This document shows, piece after piece, positions 37,301-49,830 of a stretch of 64,000 nucleotides of DNA. Made by a program: the position numbers and the translations under genes. Within the stretch, counting starts at the first letter, position 1. The number at the start of each line of letters is the position of its first letter. Under the pieces are notes generated by a model. That model searched no databases. It worked only from the letters and a program-made list of their open reading frames with translations, and was not told the origin of the DNA. The DNA comes from Mobula hypostoma (Eukaryota), in NCBI RefSeq assembly GCF_963921235.1, contig NC_086097.1:133178001-133242000 (forward strand). The letters are read 5' to 3'.

Positions 37301-39662
37301 CTTAATGAATAAGTGGAGGGATGGGTTAGTAAATTTGATGATAATACAAAGATTGAGGGTGTTGTGGATAGTGTGGAGGGTTGTCAGAAGTTACAGCGCG
37401 ACATCAATAGGATGTATAACTGGGCTGAGAAGTGGCAGATGGAGTTCAACCCAGATAAGTGTGAGATGGTTCATTTTGGAAGGTCAAGTATGATGACAGA
37501 ATATAGTATTAATGGTAAGACTCTTGGCAGTGTGGAGGATCAGAGGGATCTTGGGTCCAATGTCTATGCCCACAAGCTTCAAGATCACCACCATCGTGCC
37601 AGTGCCGAAGCATTCCACTGCCACGGGCCTGAATGACTTCTGCCCAGTTGCACTCACCCCCATCATTGCAAAGTGCTTTGAGAGACCGGTTCTATCACAT
37701 CTGAAATCCTCTCTGCCCACTACCCTGGACCCCCATCAATTTGCCTATCGCACCAACAGGTCAACAGAGGACGCCATCTCCACAGCACTTCACTCTGACC
37801 TGACCCACCAGGACAGCCCCAACTCTTACATCAGAATGCTGTTCATTGACTTTAGTTCAGCATTCAATACTATGATCCCCTCCAAGCTGATAGCCAAACT
37901 TCACTAGCTTGGTATCAGGTCATCTCTCTTCAATTGGACCTTGGATTTTCTGACTAACAGACCCCAATCAGTTAAGTTAGACAACTTCTCCTCCACTCTC
38001 ACCCTGAACACTGGCATGCCTCAAGGCTATGTGCTGAGCCCTCTTCTGTACTCCCTTTTCACCTATGACTGCATTCCTGTACATGGTTCTAACTCTTAAT
38101 CAAGTTCGCAGACTATATCATGGTTGTTGGCCTGATCAGAAGGGATGATGAGACGGCCTAAAGGGACGAAGTCCAGCACCTGGCCACGTGGTGTACCAAC
38201 AACAACCTGGCCCTTAACACCCAGAAGACCAAGCAGATCATTGTGGACTTCAGGCATGCTAGGAGCCACACTCACATCCCCACCTACATCAACGGAGCTG
38301 TAGTGGAACGTGTATCAAGCTTCAAGTTCCTCGGTGTCCACATTTCCGAGGATCTCACCTGGTCCCTGAACTCCTCCATCCTGATCAAAATGACGCAACA
38401 GCGCCTTTATTTCCTGCGGAGCGTCAAGAAAGCTCACCTCTGTCCCAGGATACTGACGGACTTTTATTGCTGTACATTGAGAGCATACTCACCAACTGCA
38501 TCTCAGTGTGGTATGGCAATTGTCCCGTATCAGACAGCAAAGCACTAGCGTGTGGTGAAAACTGCCCAGTGGATTATCGGCACCCAATTGCCCACCATGG
38601 AGAACATCTACCATAAATGCTGCCTGGGCAGGGTGAAAAGCATTATGGAGGATGCATCTCACCCTAACCATGGACTTCTCATTCTCCTCCCATCTGGTAG
38701 GCGCTACAGGAGCCTCCGCTCCTGCACCAGCAGGCACAGGAAGAGCTTCTTCCCTGAGGCTGTGACCCTGCTGAACCTCACATCACAGCGCTAAGCAGTA
38801 TTGCATCATATTGTACTGTCTCAGTACTTTTATATTTGTGTGCTGTAGCACTTACTTTTTATTCGCAGTTATTTTGTAAGTAACACTATTCTTTGCATTT
38901 CTGGTTCGATGCTAACTGCATTTCATTGGCTTTGTATCTGTACTCAGCACAATGACAATAAAGTTGAATCTAATCTAATCTATAGGACACTCAAAGCTGC
39001 TACGCAGGTTGACTCTGTGGTTAAGAAGGCATACAGTGCATTGGCCTTCATCAACTGTGGGATTGAGTTTAGGAGCCGAAAAGTAATGTTACAGCTATAT
39101 GGGACCCTGGTCAGACCCCATTTGGAGTACTGTGCTCAGTTCTGGTCGCCTCACTACAGGAAGGATGTGGAAACCTTAGAAAGGATGCAGAGGAAATTTA
39201 CAAGGATGTTGCCTGGATTGGGGAGCATGCCTTATAAGAATAGGTTGAGTGAACTCGGCCGTTTCTCTTTGGAGTGACGGAGGATGAGAGGTGACCTGAT
39301 AGAGGTGTATAAGATGATGAGAGGCATTGATCGTGTGAATAGTCAGAGGCTTTTTCCCAGGGCTGAAATGGCTTGCACAAAAGGGCGTAGTTTTAAGGTG
39401 CTTGAAGTAGGTACAGAGGAGATGTCAGGGGTAAGTTTTTTTTTACACAGGGAGTGGTGAGTGCATGGAATGGGCTGCCGGCAGCGACGATGGGGGCAGA
39501 TACGATAAGAGTCTTTTAAAAGACTCCAGGATAGGTATATGGTGCTTAGAAAAATAGAGGGCTGTGGGTAACCCTGGGTAATTTCTACGGTAAGGACATG
39601 TTCGGCACAGCATTGTGGGCCAAAGGGCCTACACTGTGCTGTAGGTGTTCTATGTTTCTATA
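34352..39662 (+). mobile_element. Near full-length CR1 LINE (ORF1 zinc finger + SGNH esterase; ORF2 APE + RT), inactivated and interrupted by a Rex1-type LINE
   Basis: ORF1 has CxxC..CxxC, VIGDSIVRG, VHIGTNDI and DGLHLN. ORF2 has YFNARS, TETW, YRPP, SQHGFVKGRSCLT, YMDFSKAFD, KFDDNTK and RPHLEYCAQFWSP. Ends in a ttctatgtttctat tail. Confidence 0.95.
37568..38983 (+). mobile_element. Rex1/Babar-type LINE, 5'-truncated, nested in CR1
   Basis: [61 protein letters not shown] and VSSFKFLGVHISEDLTW. Ends with AATAAA and an (AATCT)n tail. Confidence 0.92.
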
Positions 39663-39814
39663 CTGACCTGCCCACTAAAATGGTCTTTGCGAGTTGAGCC
39701 AACATCCATACATGCGGTAGGAGCACCTTGAGCATATGGGCTGCACTGTTTCAAGAGGGCAGATCTCTACCACCTTGAAGCAATTTAAGAATTGGTCAGG
39801 ATTTGTTGGCAACA

Positions 39815-40035
39815 CTGACCTGTCTTCACCTGTCACCTTCCAGCTAGCTTCTCCCCCCCACCCCGCCACCCCACCTTGTTATTTCTGGCCCTTTCCCCTT
39901 CCTTCTCAGTTCTGAAGGAGGATTTCAGCCCAAAACATCGACTGTTTATTCTTTTCTATAGATGCTGTCTGACCTGCTCAGTTCTGCCAGCATTTTGCGT
40001 GTGTTGATTTGGATTTCCAGCATTTGCAGACTTTG
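39815..40035 (+). mobile_element. Solo PLE pLTR fragment
   Basis: cagttctgaaggaggatttcagcccaaaacatcgactg...gatgctgtctgacctgctcagttctgccagcattttgcgtgtgttg...gatttccagcatttgcag. Confidence 0.8.
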
Positions 40036-41796
40036 TGATCTCAAAAATAGAGTTCTTTACCTTCAAAGTGGAAGACGGGTTAGCAAGTAGATGTCCTGTT
40101 TCACAATGGATGCAAGTGGGAGAGGCACAGAATTACATCCTTGCTCCTTCAGATTTTTAGCATCTGCAGTCTTTTCTTTCATAAAGTAAAATGTTATGGC
40201 TGTTATATTATGAGCCATTGTAACAGTACAATGGCTTAATAGTACTGTATGAATAAATACTTTGTCCAGTTCCCTGTGTTATGTTCTGCTAATTGAGCTC
40301 ATCCCATTGCATTATTGTAATATTAACATCCTATATAAAAGTAAATGAAATCACATTTGTTTTATTTTAATCCCATGAACACATGAATGCTTTCTACTCA
40401 TCAGAAACCCTGTTTCACTGCTTGCTCTTTCACGGGGCTGTGGTTTATAGCCAAGCCTCTGCGGCTGAATGCTGAAAAAATAGCTCTCAGTACTCCCCTG
40501 TCCAGTTTAAACTTCAAATTAAGCACCACCTCTGATTAGCCAGTTCTTGCCCCCACCTCCCCCAGAAATGTAGGAGGTCACCAATCTTTCTCCACAGATG
40601 CTGCACTTTGTTTTTATCTCATTACATTATTAGATTTATGAATCTCTTCTGTTTTTATTGTAACCTGATCATTGTTAGCAATGAGTAGATGTGGACTCTA
40701 ATTCAGTTTTTATGATGTGCTCTAGTTATGATCGTCCTTTTTAGTACTTGGGTGATTTTTCAGTCGGGGCGGCCTGCAGATAATGAACGCTGAACTGAAA
40801 TGTGCCTTCTGATTTTCCGTTCTGTATTCTGTTTTCGTTTTGTTGCCTTTGCGCTAATTTTGTTTTGCACGTGGGGGAAGGGGTTTTGACACTTGATATT
40901 TTTCTTTGAACAAACTGGTGTGGTGCTTTGTTTCATGACGGTGGGAAAGATTAATTTTAGGGTTGTATACTGTGATAAATAATGTACTTTAATCTTTGAA
41001 GTCATCCTCAAGGACAGTGGTTATCGCAGATAGTGTAATGCTATTGTAGTGGCAGCAATTGACGTTCAATTTCTGCTGCTGAGTGTAAGGAGTTTGTATG
41101 TTCTCCCTGTAATCGCCTGAATTTCCTCTGGCTGTTCTAATTCCCTCCCACATTCCAAAGATATACGGGTTAGTAGATTAATTGGCCACGTGGATGTGAT
41201 TGGCTGATGCGGGATCATTTCCATGCTGGACTTCTAAATAAAAATAATGAAGCCCAAATCGGTCAAAGTACTTGAGTTCATGACACTAGGAATTCGTTAT
41301 TAATTACAGATAAAAGTCGAGATCAGTCGCACAGTCATAATTAATCTGACTGTACCCAACCTCGTCCTAATTTTATGGAGTTTGACCCTTTATTAAAAAT
41401 TACATTGTTTCTAATCAGTTCAGTTTGTAACTGGTAATCAGACTAAATGAAATTAATTGATTAAAATTTTCTCTTAAGTGTTGTAGTAATTATATTTGCT
41501 TTGGTTGGTTTAATGCCTGAGAGAACAGCTATTGTATAGACCAAAGAGGAGTGTGGTTTTGAATGGAATATTGTACCACTGGTCTTTGTGAGTGTATTAT
41601 CTATTTTACCATCTCAGCTGGGGCTTGGTAACTCCGGCTGTTGTACTAGCTGCTAGATGAGCAGAGAAGGTTTGAGAGACACAGATCGGGATTTTGTTCT
41701 TTGGCAAGTGAACTAATTGCCCAATCTGGCCCACAGTGTGCATTGAACTTCACTTCTGTAATTTAGTTTCATTTGAAGTTGATGGAAAGTCTCAGT

Positions 41797-42021
41797 AACA
41801 CCCACAAAATGCTGGAGGAACTCAACAGGCCAGGCAGCATCTATGGGAAAAACGTACAGTCGACGTTTCGGGCTGAAACCTTTTGGCAGGACACTTGAAG
41901 GTTTTCAGCTCGAAATGTCGACTGTGCTTTTTTTCCATAGATGCTGCCTAGACTGTTGAGTTCCTCCAGCACTTTGTGTGGGTTGCTTGGATTTCCAGCA
42001 TCTGCAGATTTTCTCTTGTTT
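41797..42021. mobile_element. Fold-back (inverted) PLE pLTR mini-element
   Basis: aacacccacaaaatgctggaggaactcaacagg... is complementary to ...ctgttgagttcctccagcactttgtgtgggtt. A gatttccagcatctgcag tail follows. Confidence 0.88.
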
Positions 42022-44004
42022 TTAGTGGCTCAGTAATATTGGGCAAGGTCTTGCTGTACAGAGTCCACTGGCCACAGCTTTGCCCAAGCTCGTATTTGCC
42101 TCATCTAACTGTGGTAGGTCAGTCTTACTGACATGATTCCGGTAAGGCTGGATTCTGCAGGATCCCAGAATGGTTGAACTCCAATGCCAGGTTCTGTGGG
42201 ATCCCAGCAAGATTGGGCTCCATGCCAGGACTCTCCAAGGTTCCAGCAGCTCCCTTGTATTCCATTTTTCTGAATAACCCTCAGACTCAACACCATTTCA
42301 GTAGCTTAATGCTGGCTATTCCATTCCAAATCACCTGCACTACCCAGTACGATCCATTCCTGAACCTACAAGGGTGGGATCAGCTTCCAGAGAGCTTGGG
42401 GGAGGGGGCTTCTCTTGACAGTGCTGATCATATGTAGGTAGCAGCTGTAGCTTCCCATAATCTTCTATACATTCATCTCCAGGGTTGAGTAAAGTAAGTG
42501 TAGTGAGGTAAGATCAACGGGTTAATAGCCAGAGACTTGACATAACATATCACACAAACCTGTGCATTAGTTGGCAGCACCTTCACAAGTCTTGATTAAT
42601 TTTTTTTTTATCTTTTATAGATGATATCTTGGTGGGATGGAAATATTCATTCTTCTGGGTTTTGACATTTCTTCAATTATAATGATAAATTTGCCCAATA
42701 GTTTTCAGAAGTTTGTCACCATTATTTCTTCAAAAAATCATAGTGAAAAATGTGCTTAAAATATATTTAATTGTTTAAAAACTTAGCTTTATGTAACAGC
42801 TTGTGAAATAATTTGGAATGCCTTTATCAAATTTAGTTGTAATTTTAAGATGTTATAGTATAAGCCATTTTGTGCCCTGCAAATTCCCACATATTGTGAA
42901 AATTATTTTTTTTTAACTTTGAGACAAAAATATTGACTAGAACATGAAGGAGGAAGCTTTCTTGTTTTTTTTTTGCAAGTATGCCATGTGATCTTCCATT
43001 TAATGAGAGCAGGTAGATTCTCATTTAATATCTCACTTGAGGAACCGCACTGTTGAGAGCCCCTGAATCCCTCAACTGAGTTAACGGAGCCTCATGCACT
43101 TGGATCTCTGGGGTGTGCTTTGAATTCACAACCTGCAGTATAGAGGTCCATATTTGCAGACATCTCCAGAGCTAATCCTGATCTGTGTTTTTTTTAAAAC
43201 ATAGAATAATTTCCCTAGTGAAATCTTTCCACTGATGTTTGAAATCTTCATACTACCAACAAGCTGACGTGCCAGCTTTTCATTACTACTGAAAACCTAC
43301 ACTCAACAATTCAGAAGCAGCTTCTTCCCCTCTACCATTAGATTTCTGAATAGGCCATAAATACTACCTCATTATTCCTTTTCTTTCACTATGTATCTTT
43401 GTAATTTACGGTAACTTTATTGCCTCAAATCAACAGATTTCACATCATTTAATTCAGTGATATCAACTCTGATTCATCTAGCCAAAAGAAATGGCTTGGC
43501 TTACAGTCTGGTGAGCTGAGCTTTCTTCAGTTTGTTTAGCTTCGTTTGTTGGCTCTGTAAGGGAGCCGATTAACCTAATTCTGGAACAGTCTTGGGAGCT
43601 CTGTTGTTAAAGAAAAGGATGTTTTTGTCTTCAATTATGGCTAATTAACCTCTGCAGGGAAGAAGCTCCAGAGATCCAAACTGTTTTCCCTAAGATCGGC
43701 CTTTTGCTGGGCATTCCCATAGGATCAAGGAAGAGACTACAATAATGCATTTCCCTGTGAATGAGTCTGCAAGTACAAGTTTAAGGCATAAATTAATAGT
43801 GTATCATGAGGACAGTCTCCACAGAATGCACCCCTCAAAATTAAAGTTAAGTTTATTGACACATGCACAGGTGCAATGAAAATTTCACTTGCGGCATCAA
43901 AGGCACACAGCATCAGATGCAGTCCATTCACTAGAAATATACATTATAAATTACTTTTTCCCTTTGCTATGTCAGAAGTTACGTAATTGGGACTACATCG
44001 CAAC

Positions 44005-44378
44005 ACAAAGAGACTGAGGGGTGATCTAGAGATGTATAACATCATGCGTGGCACAGTTAGGGTGAATGTGCACCGTCTTAGTCTCTGCCTTGGGAGATCG
44101 AAAACTAGAGGACTTGGGTTTAAGGTAAGAGGGGAGAGATTTAATAGGAACCTGAGGTGCAGCTTTCTCGTCCGGGGGTAGACCGTATATGGAATGAGCT
44201 GCTGGAGGAAGTTGTTGAGGCAGGTACATTGACAGCATTTAAAAGGCACTTGGACAGGTTCATACTGTAGATGGGAAATATTTAGAGAAAAATGGGCAGA
44301 TGGTGCTAACTTGCATGGGAATCTTGGTATGGACCAGTTGGGGAAAAGGGGCCTACTTTCATGGTTTATAACTCTATA
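44005..44378 (+). mobile_element. CR1 LINE 3' fragment
   Basis: RLRGDLEMYNIMRG...SKTRGLGFKVRGERF. Confidence 0.85.
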
Positions 44379-45859
44379 AGGAGAAGCTTGTTCTCAGGGG
44401 GTGCAGTTAAGATTGTAATAGCAGTTGGTATGATGAGGCATAAACTGGAAAATCATAAACAACAAGTGATGGGTGGGTGGCTTATTGTGTGGAAGAGTGT
44501 GATCAAGTTGGATAGAATTCAGACTAAAAAAGTACAGTATTCACTGTCTCTGTGTTGCAGTTTAAATATCTTTACTCTGAAACTGAAGCCCAACTTAATG
44601 CACACATTGTATACAAACCCCAATTTGTACATAGTTCAATGCAGTAGTATCTACCTCTGTTGCAGCTTTTGCATTGGGAAATGGAACAGATACTTCTGGG
44701 CTTATTCACTTGTTATCAGAGATGTTCAAAGGTTCCTTTTATTATTAAAGTATAGAACTCTGAAAGTATTCTTCTCCAGATAGCCACAAATCCAAGAGAA
44801 AAAAGAAAAGAACAGCAGTATGATCATCAACCCCCAAATCACTCCTCCCTGCTCAAAAACGGAACAGGCACATCGACCCACAGATCCCCCTCCCTGTGTG
44901 CAAAAATGAGAAAGATCAGACAAAAAAAACACAGAATATATTTAAAAAAAACTATAACACTGGGGGGTGGGGGTGGGAGGAGTCTATAGTCCAAGTCCTT
45001 ATCCAAAATGCAGAAAACCTGGATACCATTATCCAGGCCCAGCAGCAGCCCTTTCTCTCTCCATTGCGGAGCGATCTCACCTACGAACAAAAAGCAGGTA
45101 GTCAACAGGCTCCAACAGTATTTTTTCTAACAAGTTAATAATGAAGTTTATAGGTTTCCCATCACCCTAACATTGTTTACTTACTGTGGACTAAGAGGGG
45201 AACCTATAATTTTCATTGTAAATTCCTTGGGAGCAAAACACATCATCTCACATGATTCAGGAGCTAATTGGCCATTAAAGGATTTGCATCAGTGCCTTGA
45301 GCATGTCTCCCTGTCTCACTCGTCAATAGATTCTGGGATAGGCTAAAACCAGGGTGACCACGGAATAAGCGGTAAACTAAGTTATCTGATCATTGAATAG
45401 GAACCATTAGAGAGTGAGAACATAGATGAAAGAAGGTAGTAGTTACAAAATGCAGATATGCTCGTCAGTCAGTGACTTCCCCCTTCCCCGTTCTCCCTAC
45501 AGTTCATCAAGCTTCTTTTGTCTCCTGCCCAGATCTGAGAGAGAGTTTTCAACCTGAAACCTTAGCTCTGTTTCTTTTCCCACAGATGTGACCTGACCTG
45601 AGTATTTCCAGCATTTTCTGTTAGTATTTCAGATTTCCAGCGTCTGCAGTCTTGATTTTCAGTATTAGATTCCATTTGGTTTCTGTCGTAATGCTGGGCA
45701 TGTCGGAGGACGGAGGGAATTACAATATGGGCATTGTCCACATGGTGGAATGAAAGTGTTGCCAAGAGCAAATTCATTTGAAGGTTTGCTTTAGATTTGG
45801 ATACAGTAACAGGCTCTTCCAGTCGAACAAGCCTGCACCACCCAATTAACCCACTAACC

Positions 45860-46082
45860 CAGTGGTCCCCAACCACCGGGCTGCAAAGAATGTGAGGAAA
45901 CGATATGTTTTGGTGATATGAAATGATACGAGTCAGCTGCACCTTTCCTCATTCTCTGCCACACACTATTGAACTTGAGCACCACCACCTGTGCTTCCCC
46001 CCCACCCCACCGGTCGGCCAGTCTGCAAGAATATTGTCAATATTAAACCGGTCCGCGGTGTGAGAAAGGTTGGGGACCCCTG
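45860..46082. mobile_element. 223-bp hAT (Charlie-like) MITE inserted in a SINE
   Basis: TIRs CAGTGGTCCCCAACC / GGTTGGGGACCCCTG (14/15). Perfect 8-bp TSD CACTAACC at 45852-45859 and 46083-46090. Confidence 0.93.
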
Positions 46083-49000
46083 CACTAACCCATACATCTT
46101 TGGAATGTGGGAGTAAGCAGATCACCCACCATTCACAGGGAGATCATTCAAACTCTTTACATACAGTAGTAGAATTGAACCCAGGTTCCTGGCACTGTAA
46201 TAATATTACCCTGCTCCTGCTATGCAACCGTGCCGCCTTAAGGTTCAGGTCAATTTTGGACTATCAGTTTAAATACATGCTGCATGTATTAAGAGCATTA
46301 TGTAGAAGGCAACTGATTCTGTCACATTAAATAAATGTCAGATGCAAAAGCCTAAAAGCACATGCCACCAGGTTCGTGGACAGCTTCTACCCCACTCTTA
46401 AAAGGCTATTAAATAGTTCCCTAATACGATAGTCTTCCCAGACCTTGCCTCTTTTTGATCTTGCACTTTGTTTACCTGCCCTGCACGTTCTCTGTAGCGG
46501 ACACACTTCTTACTGCTTTGTTATTGTTTTGCCTTGTTCTACCTCAATGCACTGTTTTAAGATCTGATATGTATGAACAGTATGCAAGACAAACTTGTCA
46601 CTGTATTGCAGTACATGTGACAATTGTATTCCAATTCCAATGCCAGGGTGCTGTAGCTTCACAGAGTAATTCAGCATGGGGACAAGACCCTTCAAGCGCA
46701 GGTACACTGAGGTACAGGTATCATGAAAAACCTGCTTGCAGCAGCATCACAGGTATGTGAGATTCAGACAACATGCAGAATGTAAATTACACAAGACGAT
46801 GAAGAGAAGTGACTGTGCAAGATATGACATTGCACAAAAAAAATAACACAAGTAGATACAAGCCCATGGTAGTGCAGGAGGTAGTCCATAGTTTTCCATT
46901 GCTGAGGTAAGGTTAATGCTGTGCGTGTTGGTTCAAGTACCTGACGGTTGTAGGAGAATAGTCGTTCATGAACCCTGTGGGTGTGGGACTTCAAGCTTCC
47001 ATGTCCTGCCCACTGTAGCAGTGGGAAGATGGTACAGCCCAAATGGTAGGGATCCTTGGTGATAGATGCTACCTTCTTGAGGTAAAATTGTCTGTAGATG
47101 CTGTCAGTGACAGCAGGACTGTGGCCATCATGGACTGGGCACATCTGTCCCATTGTCCACTGCTTTCCGCAGCCTTCCTGTGTTCCTCCGCGCTGGAATT
47201 GCCATAGCAAATTCAAAGACCTTCTGCTGCGAATGAGCCTTTCGGGGGGGGGGGCGGGGGGGAGTTTTGTCTTATTTCTACATTTCTTCTTTACTGCTGA
47301 GCTGCTTGTCTGAAGCTGAAGCTGTTGCATGATTATCTGTTCCATCAAGGTCAATGAGGAAATTCCGTAAGTCCTCTTCCATTTAAACAGTGGTTGGTTA
47401 TATTAGAATTATGACAAACATCACTGCAATTAATTTGTGGCTTTCAATATTATTCTTTCAAGGCTTAACTTTTCAAGCTATAATTCTCCATTAACACCTT
47501 TGTGTTAGTGGCACACAAAAAAAACATGAGTTATATATTGAGCAGCACTATATCTTGTATGTTTCTTGTTTTAAATCTTAGTGTTTGTCAGGATAATTAT
47601 TGAATATTCATGAACTGTGATTTTTTTTTTGTGCCCAATACCAGCATTGGAAACGTTAGACTTGAAATTCAGTCCACCTCCCACAGCTTTACTATTCAAT
47701 ATGTACAAATCTCAGGGTCGGACTACGTTCATTTGAACAAATATCAAAGTTCAAAGTACATCTATTATCAAAGAATCTATAAATTATACAACCCTGAGAT
47801 TTGTTTGCTTACAGGCAGCCACAAAGTAAGAAACCCAAAAGAACTCAATTTAAAAAATAATAAAGACCAACATGTGATGTGCAGAGAAAAGGGAGAAATA
47901 AAAATGCAAATTATTCAAACAATAGAAGCAAGTAACAATACCCAGACCCCAGAGTAGGCCCAAGGCCTTTATCAGTCCATCATATTAGCATGTGCGGAGC
48001 ACAGCAGTCAAGGTCAGTCTTCATCGCCTCAGCTCCATGGAGAGAGGAGTGAACATCATGGGACAGAATTGATCTTTGTGGAGTAGTTATATTACCAGAG
48101 GCCTGGACTAGCAGTGAACTGAATTCAAATCCCACCAAGGATAGCTACAGATTACATGGTAGGGTGGAGATACATCTCTACCGAAGGAGGGCTAAGGTAC
48201 TTCATCCCTTCAGCAGTCTGTAGGTCACCCTTGGGCAAGGTGTAGCAATGCTTAGCCCCCGATCAGAATCACATGAACCATTGGAGCAGGACGTTGATGG
48301 TCGTAAGTATGTGTAGGTAGTGTATATCGCAAGTCCTGGTTATGCAACTACTTCTGCTGGGCAGACGAAGGTAAACGGCATGGCTCAGAGTTTTGGTGAG
48401 GTCAAACCTTATGCGTTCAATCCACATAAAAAGATTGTCTTATATTGGGAGAAAAATACCGAGTTTTTGCATTGTCCCACCTTCCTTCCACAAGTTTTTA
48501 TGCAGTTGAAAACCTTGAGCTTGGATTAATTAGAAACGAACAGTAGACACATAAAATATATTTTTCTGGTTTATTATGTACTTGGTGTAATTTTTTTACA
48601 ATATTAAAAATATAACAAAATATTAAGGAGCTTTTACAAATCTTTTATAGTAATTTATTAAATTAATACAAACGTTTGTATTTAAGCAGTTGCGTAGGCA
48701 GGAAATCTTCAGCTGCATATTATGAATCATTGTCAAAATAAAGTGCATTTTATTGTGCATTTTACTGTATAAACTTGCATTTATACAGCGTGCTTAATGA
48801 AATGGGTGTGTCCTAAATGCTTCGAAATTTTGCTTCTGTTGAAAGGTTTGACAGTTTGTCTATTGAGTTCCCATAAGTAGTTGGAAGTAGGTGACCAGAT
48901 CATCTGTTTTTAGTGACCTTATCTGAGGAATAAGCATTGAGCAGGGAGAAAGCCCGCCGGTTCTTCATTAAGGTGTCCACACAGTAGATCTGACAGAGCT

Positions 49001-49379
49001 GTGGTGTTAGATCTCATCCAAAATTCTGTATCTTGGATAGTGAAACAAGTCCTTGGTACTCCAGTGCTAGTGTCCAGGCAGATTATATGCCCAAATCTAT
49101 ACTTACTCAGATATTTACTCTGGAACCTATAATACCTGAGCCACCAGATCCCAACTATCTCTTTAATGGGACAATAAAGTGGTCTTGCCTATTGACAATT
49201 CCTTTCCTACAGGAAAGGAAAGGAGGGTTATGGGCTGAGTGCAGGTCAGTGGGACTAGGTGAGAGTAAGAGTCCGGCACGGACTAGAAGGGCCGAGATGG
49301 CCTGTTTCTGTGCTGTAATTGTTATATGGTTATATATAATTCCAAACTAAACTTGCTGGATCTTGTGGGCATTCACAGT

Positions 49380-49830
49380 GAATAGAAAGAACCATAATAG
49401 ATTCAATGAAAAAACGCACAAATAAGATGAATAAACAACCAATGTACAAGAGATGACAAAGTGTGCAAATACAAAAAGAAAGTAATAATAATAAATAAGC
49501 AATAATTATTGAGAACATGAGATGAAGAGTCCTTGAAAATGAGGCCATAGGTTGTGGAAGCAGTTCAGTGTTCGGGTGAGTGAAATTATCCTCTCTGTTT
49601 CAAGAGCCTGATGGTTGAGGGATAATAACTATTCCTGAACCTAGTAGTGTGTGTCCGAGGGTTCTTGTACCTCAATCCTGATGGCAGTAGTGAGAAGAGA
49701 GCATGGCCTGGATGGTGGCAGTCCTTGATCGAATTTGCTTTCCTATGACAGAGCTCCTTGTAGGTGTGCTCAGTGGTAGGGAGGGTTTTATCTGTGATGG
49801 ACTGGGCCGATTCCACTACTTGGGTCCAAG
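49380..49830 (-). mobile_element. Rex/Babar-like LINE 3' fragment
   Basis: VVESAQSITDKTLPT...HPGHALFSLLPSGLRYKNPRTHTTRFRNSYYPSTIRLL. Similar remnants lie at about 3745-4090, 15180-15620, 22200-22560, 26050-26500, 46720-47210 and 56620-57130. Confidence 0.85.
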
